Assembly: GCA_001724265.1 (NCBI GenBank)
Contig: MEDY01000008.1
Coordinates: 124,001 to 161,399, forward strand
From: Rhizaria sp. SCN 62-66
Lineage: Eukaryota
Direction: 5' to 3'
Length of the DNA stretch: 37,399 bases
Positions within the stretch are counted from its first letter, which is position 1. Each line of letters opens with the position of its first letter. Positions 28,724 to 37,399 of the stretch are shown piece after piece. Made by a program: the position numbers and the translations under genes. Below the pieces are notes generated by a model. It was not told the DNA's origin and ran no database searches. It saw nothing but the letters and a program-made list of their open reading frames with translations.

Positions 28724-30268
28724 ATGCCACCCAAGAAGTCCGCCTCCGGTGGTGGCCACGGCGGTGGTCGCCCCATGAACCCCGGTGCGGCCCTCTTCCG
28801 CCCCAACAGCGTCATCACTGGTCAGCCCAGCGCCAACAGCGGCCAGCCCGGCCCCGCGTCCAGCGGCGGCGCTGGCCAGCCCGGCGGCCCCGGGCCCCGC
28901 ATCATGCGCGGTGGCAACAACCCGCGCGCCGGAAACGCCCCTATGAACAACAATCACAATAACAACAATAACATCAGCTTCGGCCAGCCCGTCGCTGTCT
29001 CGACCCCTGTCATTGCGGCCGCCCCTGTCGCCGCCGCTGCTCCCGCTGCCGCCGCTGCTCCCGCTGCCGCCGCTGTTGGCGGCACCGACGACGCTGCGCA
29101 GAAGGAGAAGGTGCGCAAGAGCCGCGAGGCGATGGCTGAGGTGCTCCGCCTCAAGAAGGCCGCCGCAGTCGCCGCCTCGGCCTCGGCCGCCGCCACCCCT
29201 GTCGCTGCTCCTGGACCAGCTGCGGCTGAAACGACCGCTGTGCCTCAGTCGACTGCTGCTCCCGTCATCCGCAGCCCTGCCGCCGCTGCGGCGACTCCTG
29301 CTAGCGCAGCGCCTGCTGGCTCTGGGACTGCTGCGGCGGCTGGTGCTGCTGGTGGTGGTGCAACTGCTGCGCCTGTTGCGGCTGCGCCGAGTGGGCCTGC
29401 GGCTGCACCAGGCCCAAGCGCCAAGCGTAGCCGCATCGTGCGCACCATCGACGCCCCCGCGACCCCCGCCGCGGGCGCCGGCGCCGCGGGGCCCGCCCCG
29501 CTGGTCGCGCTCACCGCTCCCGGGCCCGTTCCGCCCTCCGCCGTCGCCGCGGTTCCAGTGTCGACCACGCCTGTTGTGCCGGCCCGCGTCGCCGTCGCGG
29601 CACCCGCGGCGGGCCCGGTCCCCGCGGCCGCCACCGCGAGCCCCGGCGCCACTGCCGCCGCTGTTGCTGCTCCTGCGGCGCACGCGCGCACGCTGCATAC
29701 CGGCGCCGCGGCGTCGCCCGCACACGCCCGCATCGCCGCTGCCGCTGCCGGTCCTCAGGGCGGGCTGAGGGCTGCCAACAGCAACGCCAATGCTGTGGCC
29801 AACGCGGCGATTGCGGCGGGCATGCCCCCGCCCGTGTCTTCTGTCCCTGCGGTAGCGACGCCGGCGCGCAAGATCATCCCCACCAGCGGCAACGCAGCTG
29901 CCGCTGCTGCTGCCGCTGCGGCTGCTGCTGCATCTGCTGCCAAGCCCCCCGCGGGCGGTGCGGCGATGACCGACGGCCCCACCACGCCGGCGCGCGCGGC
30001 CGCCGTGCCCGCGAGCGCCGCCGCCGGGGCGACCGTCGCCGGGACGACCGTGGGCGGGATGACCGTGGGCAGCAATGTCGGCGGCGCGAGCGCGGGAGAC
30101 GAGGAGCTACCCGAGCGCACGCCGCTGGCGATGACCAAGAACGAGGTCGTGCAGCTGCTGACGCGGTGGCGCGGCACGGTGGCGGCCGCGCAGAGGGAAG
30201 TGGAGGCGTTTAGGGCGGCATTTGTGCCCGCGGTGGCCAGTGAGGCTACTGCGACGGCCACGCAATGA
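28724..30268 (+). CDS. Hypothetical Ala/Pro/Gly-rich, largely disordered protein (514 aa)
   Basis: ATG 28724 (MPPKKSASGG...) marks the onset of biased codon usage inside ORF 28595..30268. Basic patches KEKVRKSRE..RLKK and PSAKRSR; short predicted helical C-terminus MTKNEVVQLLTRWRG...REVEAFRAAF. Confidence 0.8.
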   Translation: MPPKKSASGGGHGGGRPMNPGAALFRPNSVITGQPSANSGQPGPASSGGAGQPGGPGPRIMRGGNNPRAGNAPMNNNHNNNNNISFGQPVAVSTPVIAAAPVAAAAPAAAAAPAAAAVGGTDDAAQKEKVRKSREAMAEVLRLKKAAAVAASASAAATPVAAPGPAAAETTAVPQSTAAPVIRSPAAAAATPASAAPAGSGTAAAAGAAGGGATAAPVAAAPSGPAAAPGPSAKRSRIVRTIDAPATPAAGAGAAGPAPLVALTAPGPVPPSAVAAVPVSTTPVVPARVAVAAPAAGPVPAAATASPGATAAAVAAPAAHARTLHTGAAASPAHARIAAAAAGPQGGLRAANSNANAVANAAIAAGMPPPVSSVPAVATPARKIIPTSGNAAAAAAAAAAAAASAAKPPAGGAAMTDGPTTPARAAAVPASAAAGATVAGTTVGGMTVGSNVGGASAGDEELPERTPLAMTKNEVVQLLTRWRGTVAAAQREVEAFRAAFVPAVASEATATATQ

Positions 30269-30833
30269 GCAAGATTGGATACCCCGCAAATCAGCTGGAG
30301 ATGTGTATTGGCCGAATCTCACCGACAAGGTCGGATACTAAGATATGATATAGAAACTGTCTGATACTAGTAATAAAGCAATGTTTTTTAGTCTAAAGTG
30401 ATGAAGCTAAAGAGAAAAATGCGGTCTTGTGTGTGACCACAAGTCGGTGACGTAGAGGAAGCTCGTGTCGCGACGGCTTCCAAGAGACGATTAGAATTAC
30501 TTGCATATCGCGTTGCACGGGTCGTCAAATTCAGAGCAGCTGGGATATGGTGACTGTTTTTTGTGTTTTGTATATAAAATAATGTGTTCCGAGTTGCTTA
30601 TGTGCGCATGTACCTCCTAATCGAACGAATGAAACTCGCCCTTCAAGTGTTTCTCACTGCTCTTCCCCCTCCATGCTCTTCATCGCCAATCATGGGCTCC
30701 ATAACCCAAACGCTGCAGAAACGCATCTCACCACACGTGGGAAACTCTCCGCCTACTACAGAACCAGTTTTCATTAACAAATCTCTCTACTATCGTCCAG
30801 CCACGATCGTGCGCAGCTCGCAACACTGCCGCC

Positions 30834-33800
30834 ATGCCGCGCAAGTTCGAGAAGCTCACGTTTCTGGCCCTGGCTGTGAGCGTCGCGCTTCCCGCGTCGC
30901 TCCTTGCTCCAGCGCCGATTTCTGCTGTGACCGTGCTGCCTGTATCGGCGCTGGCACTGTTTTACTGCGCGCGGCACGTGCTCGCCGGCTTCACACGCTG
31001 GCAGCTTTACCCTTTCTACATCGTCGTCGCCACTTCGACGCTCCCCCTCTTCCTCACAACGATTGCATCACTGCTCCCCGCTTCCGCGGCCGCCGTGTCC
31101 AACGCGTTGCTTGCCGTCCCCCCGGCGCCCTCGTGGCTCGCGCTGATCCTCTTCGCCGCGTCGTTCCTGCTGGACCGCGTGTTGTTTCCTCTCACGCCGC
31201 TGCCGCTACCACCCGGCCCCCACCAGCGCCTGCGCCTCGTGCGCCACCGCTTCGCCGCGCTCGTGCCCGTCCCGCGCGAGGGCCCGCTGGTGGATGAGTA
31301 TCCCGACTCGTCTTTCCCGCCGCAGACGCACCCGCAGTTCTATGGCGTCCCGGGCGCGCGCCTCAGCGCCGCCGCGCAGGCCGTCGCTGACCGACAGGCG
31401 GTCACGGCCGCGGAGGCGCTCGCCGCCGCGTTCGCCGACGCCCGCAGGCCCGACGGCGCCGCGCTCAGTGACGGCGTCTACGCGAGCTCGATCTACAAGA
31501 CTGCGAGCACGGCCAATGCGGCTGCGAAGGACAATTCGAGCGCCACCGACTGCGCTGCCTCAGAGTCCAAGTGTGAATCCAAGTGCGCCTCGAACTCAGC
31601 TGATGTGAGCTCGGCGACTCGCGCTAACCCCAACGCGACGGCCGTGCCGCTGCACGCGCAGCGCCCGTTCGAGGTGCTGGACATGTGCGTGCACGTCACT
31701 TACCCTGCGGCCGCGGCGCACGGCGGCGACCGCGGCGACGGCGACTCGTACCTCGCGCCGTACCTGTCCCCGTACGAGGCCTCCGCCACGGCGTCCTTCG
31801 CGTCGCTGCCCGTGTGGCTCTTCAGCTCGCTGCAGATGGTCACGCAACACGTGCGCACGCCCTCGTTCCTCGCGCCCTGCCCCCCGCCCGCGCCCGCCGC
31901 CGCCGCTGCGGCGGCGGCCGCTGCCCGTGGGGCGCCCGTGCTGCCCGTGCCGCTGCCGGCCGGCGTCGTCGCCACGCTGCTACCCGCGGGGAGCCCGGCC
32001 GCCGTGGGCGCGGCCGCGCTGGCTGCCGCGCTCGACTCGACCGCCGTCTCGGTCAACGCGGGAGCCGCGCTCGATGTCGACGCCGTGGTCGAGAAGGCTG
32101 CCAAGAACAGCGCGGGCAACGCCGTCAAAGAACACTTCAAGCGCGCCCTGACCCAGCTGTCCGCTATCTTGCCCAAGACCACGAGCGCGACAAAGACTGC
32201 TCCGACGGCGAGTACTGTTCCGGCGTCCTCGCCGTCGTCGTGGCCCGTGGTGATCCTGTCCCACGGGCTCGGCGGCACGGCCGAGATGTACGCCACGACG
32301 GCCCAGGCGCTGGCGTCATACGGCCACATCGTCGTCGCGCCCACGCACACCGACGGCTCGGCCTCGGTCGCGTTGCCCTTCACGGCCACCGACGTGTTCT
32401 ATTCGCGGCCGCAGGGCGAGTGGCTCGTGCGCCGCCGCCGCCGCAAGCACATCCTCGGCGACCCTGCGGCCGGCGCGACGGCGGCGGCGGATCACGGCGA
32501 CCGCGGGAGCCACCACGCCGCGCGCGAGGAGAGCGCGGTCGAGGACGAGGAGGAGCTGGAGCCTGCATCGCCCGCCACGACGCGCTCGGCCGGCGACAAG
32601 CTCGCGCTCTCCGCGCTCCACAGCAACAGCAGCGGCGACGCGGGTGGTGCGGGTGCCGCTGACAGCGGGAACGACGACGAACTCGCACAGTCGAACGCGC
32701 TGCGGTTGTCGTGGACCGCGACGGACCTGGACGCTGCGTCCATCGTCGTCAACCTGCTGCCCGCGACCGCGGAGGCCATGGGCGGCGCCAGCACCGACGT
32801 CGCCTCGGCGGAGGACCACGAGCGCGCCGCCGCGGCTCTCGCCGACAAGGGCTCCGACTCAGCGTCGGACGCTGCCGCCGCGGCAACTGAGGAGGACAAC
32901 GGCTGGGACCCGCTGCAAGAGTACAAGACCGCCATCGCCAACGTTGCTGCAAACTCGAGCGCCGCCTACAACAAGAACGCCAGTTCGTCGGTGTTTGTCG
33001 CGCCCCTGTGCGCCGAGGGCTACACAGAGCGCTCTGCGGTCCGCATGGCGATGGTGTTCCCGACGCACCTCGAGCGCAAGCTCGAGCGCGAGATCCGCGC
33101 CACGCAGCTGCAGCGCCGCGTGCGCGAGGTGCGCTTCGTCGTCGACGTGCTCACCGTCGCCGAGCGCGCGTTGTGGGCGCCCGACGCCCGCATCGGCTTC
33201 CGCAGCGACTGCGTGGCCGAGGCGCCGGGGTACTGGCTCAACGGTGCCTACATCGCGCCCCCGCAAGCTGCGAAGAACAACAGCGGCGCGGCGCAGGCGT
33301 CAACTGCCACTGTGATTGCCGGTGCTGGCCCACCCGCGCCTGCTGCGGCCGCGGCCCCGTCACAGTGGGCCGCCACCGCGTCCGCTGCGGACGTGCTGCC
33401 CGCGGGCTGCGAAGCGCCCCGCAGCGACCGCGAGCTCGTGCCCACGCTACCGTTCTTCCCCGCCATCCCGTGCCGCGCCACAGCGGCGCTGCTGGCGCCG
33501 ACGGACGGCGACCGCGATCAAAGGCCCGTGGTCGTGACGAGCTTTTCGCTGGGCGACATTATCCCTTCGCTGCGCGTGCGCACCTACACCGTCGCGGCGG
33601 GCGACCCCAACGCCGCGCCCACGCCGGTCGCCGACAACGCGCCTGCTGACGGCCAGAGTAACAGCGACGTCAAGTCTGCTCCGAAGCCGCTTGGAGTCGG
33701 CACCGGCGGCGCGTCTCTGCCGTCGTCGTCGCTGCTCACAGTCACTTGCGCGGCCGTGCCCGCGCCGCCCGCGGGCCGCTTCGACCTCGTGTCTCGCCTG

Positions 33801-35213
33801 TGGACCTTCGGCCACTCGTTCGGCGGCGCAACAGCGCTGCTCTCTGGCGCGCGCGACCCGCGTCTGCGGTCCGTGGCGACTGCGGACCCGTGGATCTACC
33901 CCACGCCGCCGCTGGTCACGCACGCAGACGTGCCGTTGGCGGGCGAGAAGGCTGTGTCGGAGATCCTGCCGCCGCCGCCCAAGGGGGCTCGCGGCCGCGC
34001 GCTCGCCCGTGTCGGACGCAGGCCCGCGGTCGGGGTCGTGCTGGGCGGCGTCGGCGCGAGATGGGCGCTCGACGGTGAGCGCGCGCTGACTGACGGATAC
34101 GACAACGACTGCGAGCTTGATAATGTAAATGGTGCCGCTGACAACGACAACACTCTGCGCGCTCGTCGCGGTGCTCAGAACAAGAACAACAAATGCATCT
34201 CGAACAAAAACTTGGCTGCCATTGCGAGTCCCACCTCTGCTGGCTTGCAGAGCCCTGCGCTGCTGTCGCGCCGCCCCCTGTCCCGGCTCACTCTGCCGTT
34301 CCCTCACGCCGTGCCTGCGCTCACGCTGGTGAGCGACCGGTGGGAGAAGTGGCTCATCCACCACAACGCCATCCGCCGCATGGTGCGCTTTATGACGCTG
34401 GCGAACCCGTTGTCGGCGCTGGCGCTGATGCCCGGCACGCTCCACAGCAACTTCATGGACGCGCCCTTCTGGTCGCCCGCCACGTCGACCTGGCTCGAGG
34501 CATCGGGCACCACGGACCCCGCCAGCGCGATGGACAAATGCATGACGGTTGTTGCCACCTTCGCCGCAGCCACCGTTGCCGACGCCGCTGCGACGGTCGC
34601 GGACTCGGCTGCTAACTCTGGATCTGGCGATCCGAGCGAGAGTGAGATGCTGAAGCACGTCGTTGCCACGAGGACTCCTGGCGGCCACCGCAGTCGCCTG
34701 GCCAGTAAGAGCGCCGCGAGCGCGCTGACCGTGGGCAGAGACGTCAGCTGTGACTGGGTCGCCCTGGAGCGGCGCCCCCGCGTGCCGGCCCCGACCATGG
34801 CGGCGGCGATGCTGCGCTACCTCCGCGCCGCGCTCTCGGCCGCGCTCACCTCGCGCTTCCCCTCCGTGCCCGCCACGCCGGAGCAGGCCGCGGCGGCCAA
34901 CGCGGCCGCGCGCTCTGCGGCGCTGGCGGCGGCACTAGGCATTGCGTCCGCTGTGAGCGCGGGCAGCGCGGGTGTCACAGGGGCCGGGTTTGGCACGTGG
35001 AGCGTGGTCGAAGAGGCCGCGCTACACCGCGGGCCCGGCTCGGCGCCTGCGAGCGCGGGTGAAACTGTCGCCATGGCCGTGCTTGCGGGCGGCCGGAGCG
35101 AGGCCGTGGCGGCGGCGCAGGAGCTGCTCCGCAGGCTGGATGACGATCAGATCTCGGTCGATGCGCTCGTCGTTGAGAACTTGGAGACTGTTGCCACAGA
35201 AGCGCTTATTTGA
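30834..35213 (+). CDS. PAF-acetylhydrolase-family (PLA2G7/PAFAH2-like) alpha/beta hydrolase with N-terminal membrane segments, 1459 aa
   Basis: WPVVILSHGLGG..EMY....LASYGHIVVAPTHTDGSA (from 32241), QLQRRVREVRFV, nucleophile elbow GHSFGGATA (Ser 33816-33818), ADPW (Asp 33885-33887), GTLHSNFMD (His 34443-34445). Hydrophobic N-terminus with RWQLYPFY and LFPLTPLPLPPGP. Confidence 0.88.
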   Translation: MPRKFEKLTFLALAVSVALPASLLAPAPISAVTVLPVSALALFYCARHVLAGFTRWQLYPFYIVVATSTLPLFLTTIASLLPASAAAVSNALLAVPPAPSWLALILFAASFLLDRVLFPLTPLPLPPGPHQRLRLVRHRFAALVPVPREGPLVDEYPDSSFPPQTHPQFYGVPGARLSAAAQAVADRQAVTAAEALAAAFADARRPDGAALSDGVYASSIYKTASTANAAAKDNSSATDCAASESKCESKCASNSADVSSATRANPNATAVPLHAQRPFEVLDMCVHVTYPAAAAHGGDRGDGDSYLAPYLSPYEASATASFASLPVWLFSSLQMVTQHVRTPSFLAPCPPPAPAAAAAAAAAARGAPVLPVPLPAGVVATLLPAGSPAAVGAAALAAALDSTAVSVNAGAALDVDAVVEKAAKNSAGNAVKEHFKRALTQLSAILPKTTSATKTAPTASTVPASSPSSWPVVILSHGLGGTAEMYATTAQALASYGHIVVAPTHTDGSASVALPFTATDVFYSRPQGEWLVRRRRRKHILGDPAAGATAAADHGDRGSHHAAREESAVEDEEELEPASPATTRSAGDKLALSALHSNSSGDAGGAGAADSGNDDELAQSNALRLSWTATDLDAASIVVNLLPATAEAMGGASTDVASAEDHERAAAALADKGSDSASDAAAAATEEDNGWDPLQEYKTAIANVAANSSAAYNKNASSSVFVAPLCAEGYTERSAVRMAMVFPTHLERKLEREIRATQLQRRVREVRFVVDVLTVAERALWAPDARIGFRSDCVAEAPGYWLNGAYIAPPQAAKNNSGAAQASTATVIAGAGPPAPAAAAAPSQWAATASAADVLPAGCEAPRSDRELVPTLPFFPAIPCRATAALLAPTDGDRDQRPVVVTSFSLGDIIPSLRVRTYTVAAGDPNAAPTPVADNAPADGQSNSDVKSAPKPLGVGTGGASLPSSSLLTVTCAAVPAPPAGRFDLVSRLWTFGHSFGGATALLSGARDPRLRSVATADPWIYPTPPLVTHADVPLAGEKAVSEILPPPPKGARGRALARVGRRPAVGVVLGGVGARWALDGERALTDGYDNDCELDNVNGAADNDNTLRARRGAQNKNNKCISNKNLAAIASPTSAGLQSPALLSRRPLSRLTLPFPHAVPALTLVSDRWEKWLIHHNAIRRMVRFMTLANPLSALALMPGTLHSNFMDAPFWSPATSTWLEASGTTDPASAMDKCMTVVATFAAATVADAAATVADSAANSGSGDPSESEMLKHVVATRTPGGHRSRLASKSAASALTVGRDVSCDWVALERRPRVPAPTMAAAMLRYLRAALSAALTSRFPSVPATPEQAAAANAAARSAALAAALGIASAVSAGSAGVTGAGFGTWSVVEEAALHRGPGSAPASAGETVAMAVLAGGRSEAVAAAQELLRRLDDDQISVDALVVENLETVATEALI

Positions 35214-36061
35214 TCTGAGCGTGACAAAGCAGCTGATGTGGTCGGTTGGTATTGGTGATAGAGCGGAGATAACAATGGATATTTATGTATTGCAGTGAAG
35301 TGCTCTAGAATACAAGAATTATTATTGAATGCAGCTCATCTGTACTAGAGAATCATTCATCCTCCCGTTGTAAGACTTTGACCTCTTATAAATGCAATTT
35401 AAAACGTGTTCTTCGTATAGAATATAGCTAAATACATATATCAGACAAAAATAAATGAAGTAATACTATCAAAACAAATTTATACGCCTGTACCAATTGT
35501 AAAAAGCAAATTATCTAAAATACAGCAGTTTAAACGTGAGTACCTTATAGATCACCAGAATGACCCATCAGATGGGGGCTCTTCATATCTTCTGTCAAAA
35601 CAAAAGGGAGTAATCCTTTTAGTTTAAGGTATGAACTCGGACAATTGTTCGGTTATATCTGCTCAACTCACGTGAGATGAGCATCCGCCCGCTAGTTGCT
35701 GGTGTTTCAAGAAACAAACAACACAATACAAAAAACAAAAAACAGAAAACAACACTACTTTTCTTCATTGCAGATTGTGGTTTTTACGTCTGTTTGCTGT
35801 GACTGACGGTTGTTCTGAACTACCCATTTTGCAAGTAGACCTAACACAAGATATCTGCATCGCTACCCTTGTACAGCGTGCACGAAGCTGATTACGCGCA
35901 CCTAAACTCTGGCACACCTTTCCAGTGAAACGATCGAGTGCAAGACAAGCTCCCAACAACGAGCATTACGCGTGCACTGATGACTGACATCATGAGAAAT
36001 ACATGATAATGAACAATGACGACCATTAAAATCAATAAATTTGATATCGTGCAGTGTATAG

Positions 36062-36369
36062 GTCTCTGTTTGGTGGTTATCTCTGGAATGTAAACGCATC
36101 TGCGTTGCTCAAGCTGTTCCAGAAACAGAGCTTGATGTCGGCTTTGACGCATCCAGTCATCATCCTTGTAGCGGAGAGCGGAAGAGCTCAACATCCAATG
36201 GCACCGAAGGCCAGGATAACAAAGAGTACGAAGTCGAAGAGAAAGATGCTCGTAGAGAAATATTACGCATCACCATCGACAAAGCCCACTTCGTCACAAC
36301 AGAATGCTATGGGACATAAATCGTTATGAATGTGGCGCAACGTGCTTGCGATAAACCCAAAAAATCATA
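36062..36369 (+). pseudogene. Startless protein-like open frame (relic or orphan exon)
   Basis: 85 codons VSVWWLSLECKRICVAQAVPETELDVGFD...DNKEYEVEEKDARREILRITIDKAHFVTTECYGT*, continuing IVMNVAQRACDKPKKS*. Preceded by TAG (stop or splice acceptor). Absent from the ORF track because it has no start codon. Confidence 0.25.
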
Positions 36370-37261
36370 AAACTACTGTACTACATACCAATGCTTGAGC
36401 GCAGCGAAATCTGCGCCGTCACAACGCCAAACCTCTTGCACTAATGTCTCCAAACCTGAAGTATGTGATAGAACGGCCCTAACGCGTGCTAATCCTCATT
36501 CCCGACATTCAGTGTAACCCACATTGTAGCCTTGCAAATGCCAAACAAATCAGTGCTACGACGAAAGCTTTATGCAACATATAGCCTACTACAGCTCGCA
36601 TTATCGCAGGTGATTCGTACGTCAGTGGTGAGGCAAAGGACGAAAAGGAGCCTAGATCCACCACTAAACCAGGGTCTAATGAACTAAATATTAGGGCCAA
36701 AATAGATTGCAATAATTCACCGCCTGCTACCCAACTCTCAGGTTTATACGCAATAAACTCTCTGAGATATCCTTGGTTTTCTGAGATAAGCACTGTTGGT
36801 GACCGTGAGCTGCACATGAGCGGCCTTGCTTTAAAAAAGTAAGTCGCTCGCGTGTGCTCGCCTCGACCAGCCGAAACCCCCCAAGCCTGACGCGCGCCGG
36901 TCTTTACATTTCTCATATTACAAGAACAAATGAGCTGATACTGCAATGAAACTCAGATGAGTGTATTGATCGCTATTAGATCAACATTGTCTTAATTACG
37001 TACAGCATTTGCTCACGATTCTGCATCAGACCAGCGAAGATATGATCTGTCGATGGTCACCACGATGCAAAATCGATGTGACTGATCTTGGACGCTCTTT
37101 TACCCGCGTTTCATTCTTCTGCTTTGAAAATCGGTTGATTTGCTAGAAGTGTTTCGTCCTCGACGTACCTCTTCTAAATATCCGTATCTCACCTCAATTC
37201 TCTTTTGTGTCACTTTTTCCCTATGAACTCCCCTGGCTCGCCCTCATAGAAAAGCATCTCG

Positions 37262-37399
37262 ATGTCTGAGGTTCAGTCCCTCGTCGTTGACAACGGCTCT
37301 GGTATGTGCAAGGCCGGCTTCGCCGGTGACGATGCCCCCCGCTCCGTCTTCCCTTCCGTCGTCGGTCGCCCCCGTCACCAGGGCGTGATGGTCGGCATG
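37262..37399 (+). CDS. ACT: Actin, 5' part (first 46 codons; runs off the window)
   Basis: [46 protein letters not shown]. In-frame TAG upstream at 37247-37249; highly biased codons. Confidence 0.97.
   Translation, partial: MSEVQSLVVDNGSGMCKAGFAGDDAPRSVFPSVVGRPRHQGVMVGM

Noticed and set aside
23085-30535. Shared upstream motifs GACCACAA (about 23087 and 30436) and GTCAAA
   Set aside because: Too short and too few occurrences to distinguish from chance.

Overview
Eukaryotic (protist-like) nuclear DNA with the standard genetic code, short GT-AG introns, GC-rich exons and AT-rich spacers. The ORF track misses two real genes because they run off the window. The first is a giant, intronless minus-strand ORF (ATG at 12220, open past position 1, at least 4073 codons). 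It encodes a signal peptide, roughly 25-30 insertion-expanded Sushi/CCP-like modules and the start of a polycystin-1/REJ-type module. The second is the 5' end of actin (37262 to the window end). Between them lie five genes: a divergent histone H3 (altered K9/S10 context, K56R); a 4-exon ankyrin-repeat protein ending in an auxilin-type J domain; a 2-exon Def1/UBAP2-like protein with a prion-like Q/N/Y/G tail; an Ala/Pro-rich orphan; and a 1459-aa PAF-acetylhydrolase-family alpha/beta hydrolase inflated by insertions. All four supported introns begin GTACG. Several spacers look like decayed coding sequence. No tRNA, rRNA, CRISPR array or intact mobile element was recognised. All family calls come from motif recognition by eye, not database searches.
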